A stretch of DNA of 32,000 bases from Candidatus Saccharimonadota bacterium (GCA_029851085.1 CP100318.1:210001-242000); one strand, 5' to 3'. Positions 9,945 to 20,884 are shown, counted from the first letter of the stretch. Made by a program: numbers and translations. Notes: generated by a model from the sequence alone, not told the origin.

Positions 9945-11369
9945 ATGTCTATAAATCAAAAAAAATTACCCATTTATAGTTTTTTTAAATGTGTAGAAAA
10001 AAATTTTGATAAGGCTTCTCAATTTTTAGATTATGATAAAGGTATATTAAAACAGATTAAAATTTGTAATGCAGTATATCAAATTTTTTTTCCAATAAAA
10101 TGGGATAATGAAATAAAAGTTATAGAGGCTTATAGAGTACAACATTCTCAACATAAATTACCATGTAAAGGTGGAATACGTTTTAGTCCAACTGTTAATC
10201 AAGATGAAGTTATAGCTTTAGCAGCACTTATGACTTATAAATGTGCAATAGTAAATATACCATTTGGAGGATCTAAAGGTGGTATAAAAATAGATCCTAG
10301 AATTCCAGATGAATTTAAAGAAAAATTAATTAGAAGATATACATCTGAATTAATAAAAAAAAATTTTATAGGTGCAGGTATTGATGTTCCAGCTCCAGAT
10401 TATGGTACTGGAGAACAAGAAATGAGTTGGATATTAGATACTTTTATTTCATTAAATCCTGGTGATATTAATGCTTTAGCTTGTGTTACTGGAAAACCAA
10501 TTTCACAAGGAGGTGTACGTGGACGTAAAGAAGCTACTGGATTAGGTGTTTTTTATGGTATAAGAGAAATTTGTAATCTTAAAAAAGAAATGAATAATCT
10601 AGGTTTAGAGGTAGGATTAGAAGGAAAACGTGTAATAATACAAGGATTAGGTAACGTAGGTTATCATACTGCTAAATTTTTATATGAATCTGGTGCTATA
10701 ATAATAGCATTAGCAGAACGTGAAGGTGCAATATACAATCCTAAAGGATTTAATATTGAAGAAGTGATGAATCATTTAAAAGAAAATAAATCTATTTTAA
10801 ATTTTGTTGGAGCTAAAAATATTAAAAATACTTTAGAAGCTTTAGAAATTGAATGCGATATTTTAATTCCAGCGGCATTAGAAAATGTTATTAATAGTGA
10901 AAATGCACAACGTATAAAAGCAAAAATTATAGCAGAAGCTGCTAATGGACCATTAACTATAGAAGCAGATGAAATTCTTAATAAAAAAGGTACACTAATT
11001 ATACCCGATATATATCTTAATGCAGGAGGAGTAACAGTTTCTTATTTTGAATGGTTAAAAAATATAAGTCATGTACGACATGGTCGTATGGAAAGACGTT
11101 TTAATGAAATTAAAAATTTTAAAATTTTCCAATCAATAGAAAAAATTAGTGGAAAAAAAATATCTGAATATGAAAAAAATATTCTTTTACACAGTCCAGA
11201 TGAAATTGATTTAGTATATAGTGGATTAGAAGATACAATGAGAAATTCTTTTTATGAATTATTATACATTAAAAAATATAAAAATATAGAAAATTTGCGT
11301 ATAGCTGCGTTTGCATTAGCTATTCAAAAAATATATAATTCATATCAAATATTAGGAATTTTTCCATAA
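9945..11369 (+). CDS. gdhA: Glutamate dehydrogenase (Glu/Leu/Phe/Val dehydrogenase family)
   Basis: 474-aa ORF with CKGGIRF, the catalytic-lysine motif PFGGSKGG and the Rossmann motif GLGNVG. Confidence 0.93.
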   Translation: MSINQKKLPIYSFFKCVEKNFDKASQFLDYDKGILKQIKICNAVYQIFFPIKWDNEIKVIEAYRVQHSQHKLPCKGGIRFSPTVNQDEVIALAALMTYKCAIVNIPFGGSKGGIKIDPRIPDEFKEKLIRRYTSELIKKNFIGAGIDVPAPDYGTGEQEMSWILDTFISLNPGDINALACVTGKPISQGGVRGRKEATGLGVFYGIREICNLKKEMNNLGLEVGLEGKRVIIQGLGNVGYHTAKFLYESGAIIIALAEREGAIYNPKGFNIEEVMNHLKENKSILNFVGAKNIKNTLEALEIECDILIPAALENVINSENAQRIKAKIIAEAANGPLTIEADEILNKKGTLIIPDIYLNAGGVTVSYFEWLKNISHVRHGRMERRFNEIKNFKIFQSIEKISGKKISEYEKNILLHSPDEIDLVYSGLEDTMRNSFYELLYIKKYKNIENLRIAAFALAIQKIYNSYQILGIFP

Positions 11370-11389
11370 AAAAATTATTATAAAATATT

Positions 11390-14019
11390 ATGAAATCTAA
11401 ATATATACGTAAAACATTTTTAGATTTTTTTAAAAAAAAAATCATAAAATAGTTGATTCATCATCTATTATAATTAAAGATGATCCTACATTATTATTTG
11501 CTAATGCTGGAATGAACCAATTTAAAGATTATTTTTTAGATAATAAAAAAATAAATTATACACGTATTGCAAATACTCAAAAATGTTTACGTATAACTGG
11601 AAAACACAATGATTTAAATAATGTTGGATATGATAATTATCACCATACTATGTTTGAAATGTTGGGTAATTGGTCTTTTGGTGATTATTTTAAAGAAGAA
11701 GCTATTTATTGGGCTTGGGAACTATTGACAGAAATTTATAACATTTCAAAAGAAGATATTTATGTAACAATTTTTAATGGTGATGTTAAAGATAAATTAC
11801 CTCTTGATAAAGAAACATATAAATTTTGGAAAAACATTATTAATGATAATCACATACTTTTCTTTGAAAAAGAATATAATTTTTGGGAAATGGGTTTAAC
11901 TGGACCATGTGGTCCTTGTTCAGAAATTCATATAGATTTGCGAAGTAATAAAGAAAAAATTAAAATTCCTGGTTATAAATTAATAAATAAAGGAAATCCT
12001 AAAGTTATTGAAATATGGAATATCGTTTTTATAGAATTTTTACGTAAAGAAGATGGTACTTTAGAGAAATTACCAAGAAAGCATGTTGATACTGGTCTAG
12101 GATTTGAAAGATTATGTAGAATAATTCAAAAAAAATCATCAAATTATGATACTGATATATTTATGCCTTTAATTAAAGATATTGAAAAATATACTGGAAA
12201 TATTTATGGAATAGAGACCAATAAAGATATTGCAATACGTATTATTGCTGATCATATTCGTGCAATTGCTTTTGCTATATCAGATGGTAAACGTCCTTCT
12301 AATACTGGTGCTGGATATGTTATACGTCGTATTTTGCGACGTGCTATGAGTTATGCTTATAGTTTTCTTGAACAAAAAAATCCTTTCATTTATAAATTAG
12401 TTGATACATTAGCTATTAATATTAATGAAGTATTCCCTGAAATAAATAATAATAAATATTTAATTAAAGAAGTAATTAAAGAAGAAGAAAATTCTTTTAT
12501 TAAAATTATAGATAATGGTTTAATACGTATTAAAGAAATTATAAAAGAATTTAAAAATAAAAAGATTATCGATGGAGAGAGAATATTTGAACTTTATGAT
12601 ACTTATGGATTTCCATATGATTTTTCTTATACTATAGCAAAAAAGAATAATTTGATTATTGATAATAGTGGTTTTAAAAAAAAAATGTTGGAACAAAAAC
12701 AACGTTCAAAAAAAAATAGTATTATCCAATATCATGATTGGATCAAAATAAATAATACAAATGATAAATATTCTTATTTTGTAGGTTATGATCAATTAGA
12801 AACATATTCTAAAATTATTAAATATAGGTTAGTAGAAACATCTAAAGATAAATATTATCAAATTGTTTTAGATAAAACTCCTTTTTATCCTGAAAGTGGT
12901 GGTCAAGTAGGAGATATTGGTTTTATTATAAATAATGATGAAAAAATTTGTATTTTAAATACAAAAAAAGAAAATGATCTTATATTACATATAGTATCAA
13001 AAATTCCTAATAATCCCCATAATAATTTAAAAGCAATAGTAGATGTTGATAGAAGAAAAAAAATTGAAAAAAATCATACTGCTACACATTTATTACATTA
13101 TGTATTAAAAAATATTTTAGGAAATCATGTTGAACAAAGAGGATCTTACGTAGGACCAGATAAGATAAGATTTGATTTTTCTAATTCATATAAATTAAAT
13201 TCAAATATAATAGAAATTATTGAATCTAATATAGAAGAAATGATTAATAAAGGATTTTCTTTAGAAGAAAAAAGAAATATTTCATTAAAACAAGCTTTAA
13301 AAGATGGAGCTATAGCACTTTTTGGAAATAAATATGGTAATATTGTAAGAACAATTAAATTTGGAAATTCAATAGAATTATGTATTGGTACACACGTATC
13401 TAATACAAAAGATATTCAATTATTTAAAATAATTTCAGAATCATCTATAGCTTTAGGTATACGGCGTATTGAAGCTATTACATCAATAAATGCTATAAAA
13501 TATCTTAAAGACATTTATAAAAAATATAATATTATTATAAATAATTTAAAACATCCTATTGATCCGATAAAAGCTATTAATAATATTATTAATACTAATA
13601 AAATACTAAAATTAAAGCTTAATAATTTTGTTAAAAAACAACTTAATATTTTAAAAAACGAATGGATATCTAGATCAGAAAAAATTAATTCATATACTAT
13701 TATTATGGAATATACTGATTTAGATTTTATTTTTTATAAAAGTCTAATATTAGAATTACGTAAAAATATATTTAATTTATGCATTATTATTATAAATATA
13801 AATAATAATAATGAAATAGTATTTTGTACAGCACTTTCAGATAATCTTATTAAAAATGGTATAGACGCTAGATTAATTATTAATTTATTTGATAATTATA
13901 TTTTTGGAAAAGGTTGTGGACATAACTTTTTTGCTATGATTAAAGGTAAACTTTTAAGATCAATAAATATTGATTTAATTCGTTATAAAATTCATAATTA
14001 TTTAAACAATCATAAATAA
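11390..14019 (+). CDS. alaS: Alanyl-tRNA synthetase, reading frame broken at an A10 tract near codon 18
   Basis: ATG 11390 gives MKSKYIRKTFLDFFKKK, then a stop. The next frame, from nt 11440, reads NHKIVDSSSIIIKDDPTLLFANAGMNQFKDYF and runs into track ORF 11512-14019. That ORF has the AlaRS core motifs (FEMLGNWSFGDYFK, GPCGPCSEIH) and HTATHLL in the editing domain. Confidence 0.9.
11432..11441 (+). other. A10 homopolymer that interrupts alaS (candidate transcriptional-slippage site)
   Basis: The genome reads ttt ttt aaa aaa aaa atc ata aaa tag. 11 A (or 8 A) would give FFKKKNHKIV, which matches the AlaRS N-terminal consensus. Confidence 0.85.
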
Positions 14020-14032
14020 TTTTTTTTATAAA

Positions 14033-15778
14033 ATGTATAAAACACACTATTGCGGTACTTTACGTATAACAGATATTGGAAAATCTGTTTTATTAGTAGG
14101 ATGGATTCATAAAAATCGAAATTTAGGATCTATTAGTTTTATTGATTTAAGAGATTATTATGGTATAGTTCAATTAACTTTTTATAAAAATAATCCTTTA
14201 AAAGAAAAAATTATTAAATTAGGTAGAGAATTTATTATTCAAATAAAAGGACAAGTTGTAGAAAGAAAATTCAAAAATTTAAATAATCCTACAGGTGAAA
14301 TAGAAGTATTAGTATCAGAAATAAAAATACTTAATAAATCACGTGTACCTCCATTTCTTATAGAAGATAAAACTGATGGAAATGATGAATTACGTATGAA
14401 GTATCGTTATCTTGATATACGTAGAAATATAATAAAGAATAAACTTATTTTTCGTCATGAAATTACTTTAATAATACGAAAATTTATGTCTAATAAAGGA
14501 TTTATAGAAATTGAAACTCCAATGTTGATTAAATCTACTTCAGAGGGAGCACGTGATTTTGTTGTTCCATCACGTATAAATATAGGTAAATTTTATTCAT
14601 TGCCTCAATCACCACAAATTTTTAAGCAATTATTAATGGTTGGAGGTATAGATAAATATTTTCAAATTGTTAAATGTTTTCGTGATGAAGATTTACGTGC
14701 AGACAGACAACCTGAATTTACACAAATAGATTGTGAAATGTCTTTTATTGAACCTAATAATATTCAAAATATTATTGAAGAACTTATTTGTTATATTATT
14801 AAGAATAAATGTGGATTAAATATTTCAACTCCATTTTTAAAAATTTCATATATTAATGCAATTAAAATGTATGGTTCTGATAAACCTGATTTACGTTTTG
14901 ATATTAGATATTGTGAATTAAATAATTTTTTAAAAAATTCAGGAATTTCTTTTTTTTCTAAAAAAGAAGAATTAATTATTAGTATTTTAATTCCTAAATA
15001 TGCTATATATTCAGAAATTGATAAACTTATTAAATATATTAAAGAATATAATAAAAATATTAATTATGTAATATGGATTAAATATTTAAATAATGGTACA
15101 TTTCAATATCCATTAGATATTTTTGATAAAATTAATTTAAAAAAAATGGTTAATTCTATTAATGCTAATCCAGGAGATTTATTAATTATAATTACAGTAA
15201 AATCTAAAAATATTAAAAATATAATGGAAAGATTACGATTAAAAATAGCAATTTTTTTAAAATTTAAATTTAAAAGATTTGCTCCATTATGGATAGTTGA
15301 TTTTCCATTATTTGAATTGGATGAAAAAAGTAAAAAATTAAATTTTTTACATCATCCTTTTACTAGTCCTAAAGATGAAGATATAAAATATTTAAAAAAT
15401 TCACCTAAAAAAGTTTTTGCTAAATCATATGATTTAATAATAAATGGAGTAGAAATAGGTGGAGGTTCTATACGGATTCATAAAAGAAAATTACAAGAAA
15501 CTGTTTTAAAATGTATAGGACTTTCAAAAGATGAAATATATACACAATTTGGATTTTTATTAGAAGCTCTTGAATATGGAGCACCACCACACGGTGGAAT
15601 TGCTATAGGATTAGATAGACTTATCTCTACTATTACTGGTAATGACAATATTAGAGATTTTATTGCTTTTCCTAAAAATAATTCAGGACGTGATACTATG
15701 ATAAATTCACCATCAGTATTAAGTTTAGAACAATTAAAAGAACTTAACTTAAAGTTTAATAATCGTGGCAAAATTTAA
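14033..15778 (+). CDS. aspS: Aspartyl-tRNA synthetase
   Basis: 581-aa ORF with MYKTHYCGTLR, the class II motifs FRDEDLRADRQPEFTQ and GGGSIRIH, and GAPPHGGIAIGLDR. Confidence 0.97.
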   Translation: MYKTHYCGTLRITDIGKSVLLVGWIHKNRNLGSISFIDLRDYYGIVQLTFYKNNPLKEKIIKLGREFIIQIKGQVVERKFKNLNNPTGEIEVLVSEIKILNKSRVPPFLIEDKTDGNDELRMKYRYLDIRRNIIKNKLIFRHEITLIIRKFMSNKGFIEIETPMLIKSTSEGARDFVVPSRINIGKFYSLPQSPQIFKQLLMVGGIDKYFQIVKCFRDEDLRADRQPEFTQIDCEMSFIEPNNIQNIIEELICYIIKNKCGLNISTPFLKISYINAIKMYGSDKPDLRFDIRYCELNNFLKNSGISFFSKKEELIISILIPKYAIYSEIDKLIKYIKEYNKNINYVIWIKYLNNGTFQYPLDIFDKINLKKMVNSINANPGDLLIIITVKSKNIKNIMERLRLKIAIFLKFKFKRFAPLWIVDFPLFELDEKSKKLNFLHHPFTSPKDEDIKYLKNSPKKVFAKSYDLIINGVEIGGGSIRIHKRKLQETVLKCIGLSKDEIYTQFGFLLEALEYGAPPHGGIAIGLDRLISTITGNDNIRDFIAFPKNNSGRDTMINSPSVLSLEQLKELNLKFNNRGKI

Positions 15779-17078
15779 AATAATAGGAGGTAAATCTTTA
15801 AAGGGAGAAGTTATTCCCCAAGGTTCTAAAAATGAAGCTTTGCAAATATTATGTGCTGTACTTTTAACTTCATAAAAAATACGTATTAAAAATCTACCTA
15901 ATATAATAGATACTAAATGTTTAATTTCAATTTTAAAATGTTTAGGAGTAGATATTATCTATAATAATAAAAATGATTATACATTTAAAGCTAAAAATTT
16001 AAATTTTGATTATTTTAATACAAAAGATTTTTTAAAAAAAAGTTCTAAAATACGTGGATCTATTATGATAACAGGTCCTATATTAGGACGTTTTGGAAAA
16101 GCTATTATGCCTATTCCAGGAGGAGATAAAATTGGTAGAAGACATATAGATACTCACATTAATGGATTTATTGATTTAGGAGTTAATATAACTTATAATG
16201 AAAAAAATAAAGTTTATGTTCTTAATACTAAAAATAATTGTTTATTAGGTAAATATTTAATATTGGATGAACAATCTATTACTGCTACAGCTAATATACT
16301 TATGGCATCTGTTTTAGCTAATGGAAAAACTACTATATTTAATGCTGCTTGTGAACCATATATTCAACAATTATGTAAAATGTTAATAAGTATGGGAGCA
16401 ATAATAACAGGTGTTGGTTCTAATTTATTAAATATTATAGGGGTTAATTATTTAAATGGATGTGAACATGTAATAATGCCTGATATAATTGAAATTGGTA
16501 GTTGGATAGGTTTGGCAGCTATAACAAATTCAGAAATTATTATCAAAAATATTTGTATTAAAAGTTTAGGTATTATTATAAATACTTTTAAAAAATTTGG
16601 TATTAAATTAGAAGAACATAATAATTATATTTATATACCTTCACAAGGTAATTATTCTATAAAGAAATTTATAGATGGTTCTATTTTAACAATTTATGAT
16701 GCTCCATGGCCTGGACTAACACCAGATTTATTAAGTATAATATTAGTAGTAGCTACTCAAGCTAATGGAAGTATTTTAATTCATCAAAAAATGTTTGAAA
16801 GTAGATTATTTTTTGTAGAGAAACTTATTGAAATGGGAGCAAAAATAATTTTTTGTGATCCACATAGAGCAATAGTAATGGGTTTAAATAAAAAATATCC
16901 TTTAAATGGATCTATATTAAATTCTACAGATATAAGAACAGGTATTTCATTTTTAATAGCTGCGTTATCTGCTAAAGGGTGTAGTATAATTTATAATATA
17001 GAACAAATTGAAAGAGGTTATGAAAATATTGATCAACGTTTACGTATATTAGGTGCTGGTATTTCACGCATAAAATAA
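15765..17078 (+). pseudogene. murA: UDP-N-acetylglucosamine 1-carboxyvinyltransferase with a single in-frame TAA at codon 37 (15873-15875), otherwise full length
   Basis: GTG 15765 gives MAKFKIIGGKSLKGEVIPQGSKNEALQILCAVLLTS, then a stop, then KIRIKNLPNIIDTKCLISILKCLGVD...KIRGSIMITGPILGRFGKAIMPIPGGDKIGRRHIDTH, which continues into track ORF 16065-17078. The whole N-terminus matches the MurA consensus. The start overlaps the aspS 3' end by 14 nt. Confidence 0.85.
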
Positions 17079-17083
17079 TTTTA

Positions 17084-18286
17084 ATGAATTATATAGAAAT
17101 TGTTAAATGGATTTTTGATAAGTTACCTTATAAACAAAATAAAAAATATAAATATGGATTACATCGTATATTTAGTTTATGCGAATATTTAAAACATCCT
17201 CAAAAACAATTTAAAAGTATTCATATAGGAGGTACAAATGGTAAAGGTTCAACATCTCATATGTTATCATCTATTTTACAAGAATCAGGATATAAAGTAG
17301 GTTTATTTACTTCGCCACATTTAAAAGATTTTCGTGAACGTATTCGTTGTAATGGGAATATGATTGAAAAAGAATTTATTATATCATTTATTAAAAAATA
17401 TAAAAATATACTAGAATATTTTTCATTTTTTGAAATAATTACTGCATTAGGATTTTACTATTTTAAAGAAAAAAAAGTTGAAATAGCAATTATTGAAGTA
17501 GGAATGGGAGGAAGATTAGATTCTACTAATATTATTTTACCTATTATTTCTATAATTACTAATATTAGTTTTGATCATATTAAATATTTAGGTAAAAATT
17601 TAAGTAAAATAGCTTATGAAAAAGCTGGTATTATAAAACCATATACACCATTGGTAATTGGTCAATATTCACATAAAACTAAATTAATTTTTAAAAAAAT
17701 AGCAAAAAATAAAAAGGCTCCTATTACATTTGTAAATAGTAATTCTTATTTTAATAAGTATAAAACTGATTTGAAAGGTAATTATCAAATTTTTAATCAA
17801 AAAACAGTAGTAAAAACAATAGACATTTTATCTAAATTAGGTATAAAAGTATCAAAATATGATTTAAAAAATGGATTTAAAAACGTTATTTATAATACAA
17901 ATATACAAGGTCGTTGGCAAATTTTAAGATATAATCCAAAAATAATTTGTGATGTTGGACATAATGAAAGTGGCATTAAAATATTAGTAATGCAGTTAAA
18001 ACAAGAATTTTATAAAAAATTACATTTAGTTTTAGGTTTTGTTAAAGAAAAAAATATACATAAGATGTTATCTTTTTTTCCTAAAAATGCTTTATATTAT
18101 TTTTGTCAACCTAATATAGATAGGAAATTTCCCATCAAAGAAATAAAAGAAATAACTAAAGATTATAAATCTGCACAATATTTTGATACTGTAATAGAAG
18201 CATTTGATATTGCTAGGTTAAAAGCTACTAATGAAGATTTAATTTTTGTAGGAGGAAGTACCTTTGTTGTAGCAGAAATTTTATAA
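17084..18286 (+). CDS. folC: Folylpolyglutamate synthase / dihydrofolate synthase
   Basis: 400-aa ORF with the Mur-ligase P-loop GGTNGKGST, SPHL, and EVGMGGRLDSTN. Confidence 0.9.
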   Translation: MNYIEIVKWIFDKLPYKQNKKYKYGLHRIFSLCEYLKHPQKQFKSIHIGGTNGKGSTSHMLSSILQESGYKVGLFTSPHLKDFRERIRCNGNMIEKEFIISFIKKYKNILEYFSFFEIITALGFYYFKEKKVEIAIIEVGMGGRLDSTNIILPIISIITNISFDHIKYLGKNLSKIAYEKAGIIKPYTPLVIGQYSHKTKLIFKKIAKNKKAPITFVNSNSYFNKYKTDLKGNYQIFNQKTVVKTIDILSKLGIKVSKYDLKNGFKNVIYNTNIQGRWQILRYNPKIICDVGHNESGIKILVMQLKQEFYKKLHLVLGFVKEKNIHKMLSFFPKNALYYFCQPNIDRKFPIKEIKEITKDYKSAQYFDTVIEAFDIARLKATNEDLIFVGGSTFVVAEIL

Positions 18287-18309
18287 AAAATTATTATATT
18301 ATTATTTAT

Positions 18310-18384
18310 AGGCGATTAGCTCAGTTGGTTTAGAGCATCTGTTTTACAAGCAGAAGGTCACTGGTTCGAATCCAGTATCGCCTA
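18310..18384 (+). tRNA. tRNA-Val (anticodon UAC); no encoded CCA
   Basis: Acceptor AGGCGAT/ATCGCCT, D-arm GCTCAGTTGGTTTAGAGC, anticodon stem-loop TCTGT-TTTACAA-GCAGA, T-arm ACTGGTTCGAATCCAGT. Confidence 0.93.
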
Positions 18385-18397
18385 CTATTAAACATTT

Positions 18398-19672
18398 TTA
18401 TACAAAAATAAAATTATTTAAAATATCCAAAATTAAAACAATTAACATTAAAAATGTTATAATAATAAATCCAATAGTGATAGCATTTTCTATAAAATTA
18501 GTTTTCAGTTTTTTACCAGTTATCATTTCTAATAAAACAAAAAGTACATATCCACCATCAAGTGATGGAATAGGAAGTATGTTTAAAAAAGCTATCCATA
18601 TTGATAATGTAGCTGTTAATCCCCAAAATATTTCACCATTCCATTTTGTAGAAAAAATATTAGCAATAGAAAAAAAACTACCAACTTGTTTATAAGCTTT
18701 ATACTTAAACACTTGTTTTAAACAATTTATTTGAGTTTTTAATGAGTCCCAAGTTTTTATTATTCCAGCCTGAATACTTTCAATAAAATTATAATTGATT
18801 TTTTCTATTTTAAGATCTACTGTGAATACAATATTTAATAGACTATTCGTTGTAGTTTTTAAATTTAATAATTTACCATTTCTATTAATAGATAATATTA
18901 TATTTGAATTTTTATAATTTTGTAATATTTCTTTTAATTGATCTAAAAAGATCACTTTTTTTGAATTAATAGCTATAATTTTATCTATTATTTTTAATCC
19001 ATCTTTATCGGCTTGAGAATCTTTAATTATTTTTCCAATTATAATAGGTATACGGGGACTTATAAATAAGTTTTTGTTTTCAAACAACAATTTTTTTTGA
19101 TAATCTTTTATAGGTAAAGTAATAATATTACCCATTCTATTTATAGTAATTGAATTACCTAATATAATAGATTTAGGTAAATGTAAAAAATTTTTAATTT
19201 GTTTACCATCTACAGATAATATATAATCTCCATTTTTTAATCCTAAATTTCGTCCTAGACTATTTACAACAATACCATATTTCATATTCTTAACTGGGAG
19301 ATATACTTCTTTATAATTGAATATTATTAATGAAAAAATTATTATAGATAATAAGACATTAGCTATTACTCCTCCTAACATAATTAATAATTTTTTCCAA
19401 TTCGATTTTAAATAAAAATCCTCATTGTTAGGAGGATTAGAATTTTCAGGAATTATTCCTGATATTTTAATATATCCTCCTAAAGGTAACCAACCAATAC
19501 CATATATTGTATTTTTAATTTTTATTTTAAATAATGAAAAACCAGGATCAAAAAATAAAAAAAATCTTTCTACACGTGTTCCTAATAATTTAGCAAAAAT
19601 AAAATGACCTAATTCATGTATTATTATTATAATAGAAATACATAATATTAATTGTATTATTTTATAAATCAT
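18398..19672 (-). CDS. rseP: RIP/site-2 zinc metalloprotease RseP
   Basis: 424-aa polytopic membrane ORF with HELGH at residues 19-23, a central PDZ-like region and the C-terminal LNILPIPSLDGG motif. Confidence 0.9.
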   Translation of the reverse strand: MIYKIIQLILCISIIIIIHELGHFIFAKLLGTRVERFFLFFDPGFSLFKIKIKNTIYGIGWLPLGGYIKISGIIPENSNPPNNEDFYLKSNWKKLLIMLGGVIANVLLSIIIFSLIIFNYKEVYLPVKNMKYGIVVNSLGRNLGLKNGDYILSVDGKQIKNFLHLPKSIILGNSITINRMGNIITLPIKDYQKKLLFENKNLFISPRIPIIIGKIIKDSQADKDGLKIIDKIIAINSKKVIFLDQLKEILQNYKNSNIILSINRNGKLLNLKTTTNSLLNIVFTVDLKIEKINYNFIESIQAGIIKTWDSLKTQINCLKQVFKYKAYKQVGSFFSIANIFSTKWNGEIFWGLTATLSIWIAFLNILPIPSLDGGYVLFVLLEMITGKKLKTNFIENAITIGFIIITFLMLIVLILDILNNFIFV

Positions 19673-19673
19673 A

Positions 19674-20663
19674 TTAATTTTTAATTTGTTTTATCATTTT
19701 TAATGATATATAGATAGCATTATTAATAATTTCTGAAATAGATATACCTTTTATTTTAAGTTGTTTAGGAAAAATGCTGTTTTCAGAAAAACCAGGTATA
19801 GTATTCATTTCTAGAAAATAAGGTTCTCCATTAACTATTATATATTCTGATCTAGATAATTCATACATATTTAATATAGAATATACTTTTTTTGCTATTT
19901 TTTTTACTTTTTGCTCAGTAGAATATGATATTCGTGCTGGAGTAATTTCTTTTGATTTTCCTAAATATTTTGCTTCATAATCAAAAAAAACATTTTCGCT
20001 TATAATTTCTGTTATTGGAAGTATAATAATTTCATTTTTGTAGGTTAAAACTCCTACAGAAATTTCTATACCTTCTAAAAATGATTCTATAATAATTTCA
20101 TTATCTTCCTTAAATGCTTTATTTATTGCAAATAATAATTCATTTTTTTTATCTACTTTAGATATTCCTAAACTAGAACCAGATTTATTAGGTTTTACAA
20201 TACATGGTAATCCAACTTTTTTAATTATTTTTTCAATTGACAATTTTATATTGTTATATAACAATAATGATGGTGCTGTATTAATTCCAAATGAATTTAA
20301 AAAAATTTTACATAAATTTTTATTTATTGTTAATGCGGATTGATGAAAATTACACCATGTACATGGTATTTTTAGAATATTAAAATATGCTTTTAATTGA
20401 CCATCTTCACCTGGTGAACCATGTATAATATTATATACAATATCAAATTTTAAAATTTTACCATTAATATCAGCTGTAAAATTATGTTTATTTATTTTAT
20501 ATTCTTTATTATTGTCTATCAATATCCATTTATCTTTTAATAATAAAATTTTAAAAGGATTGAATATATTACGATTAATATTATTAAATATTGTTTGTCC
20601 ACTTTGTAAAGAGATACTACATTCATTTGAATATCCTACCATAATAATAGCAACATTTTTCAA
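19674..20663 (-). CDS. ddl: D-alanine--D-alanine ligase
   Basis: 329-aa ORF with an ATP-grasp fold: HGSPGEDGQLKAYF, VKPNKSGSSLGISKV, and EMNTIPG. Its stop is 1 nt from the rseP start. Confidence 0.93.
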   Translation of the reverse strand: MKNVAIIMVGYSNECSISLQSGQTIFNNINRNIFNPFKILLLKDKWILIDNNKEYKINKHNFTADINGKILKFDIVYNIIHGSPGEDGQLKAYFNILKIPCTWCNFHQSALTINKNLCKIFLNSFGINTAPSLLLYNNIKLSIEKIIKKVGLPCIVKPNKSGSSLGISKVDKKNELLFAINKAFKEDNEIIIESFLEGIEISVGVLTYKNEIIILPITEIISENVFFDYEAKYLGKSKEITPARISYSTEQKVKKIAKKVYSILNMYELSRSEYIIVNGEPYFLEMNTIPGFSENSIFPKQLKIKGISISEIINNAIYISLKMIKQIKN

Positions 20664-20719
20664 AACTAATGAATTTATTAATAATAAATATAATATTAAT
20701 AAATATTAATAAATAATCA

Positions 20720-20884
20720 ATGAAATCAATTTTAAAAAAAATTATTAAAAATATTATTTATATAATATTATTATTAGGTATAATATTAGGTATAATAATA
20801 ATTATTATAATTATAATTATATATGTATTTTCAATACTATTTTATAAATCATTAGATAATTATATTAAGAATACTATTTTTTAA
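20720..20884 (+). CDS. Hypothetical 54-aa single-pass membrane protein (not in the ORF track)
   Basis: ATG 20720 to TAA 20882-20884. Translation: MKSILKKIIKNIIYIILLLGIILGIIIIIIIIIIYVFSILFYKSLDNYIKNTIF. It has a basic N-terminus, a hydrophobic helix of about 25 residues and a short polar tail. It fills most of the otherwise unexplained gap between ddl and rluD. Confidence 0.4.
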   Translation: MKSILKKIIKNIIYIILLLGIILGIIIIIIIIIIYVFSILFYKSLDNYIKNTIF

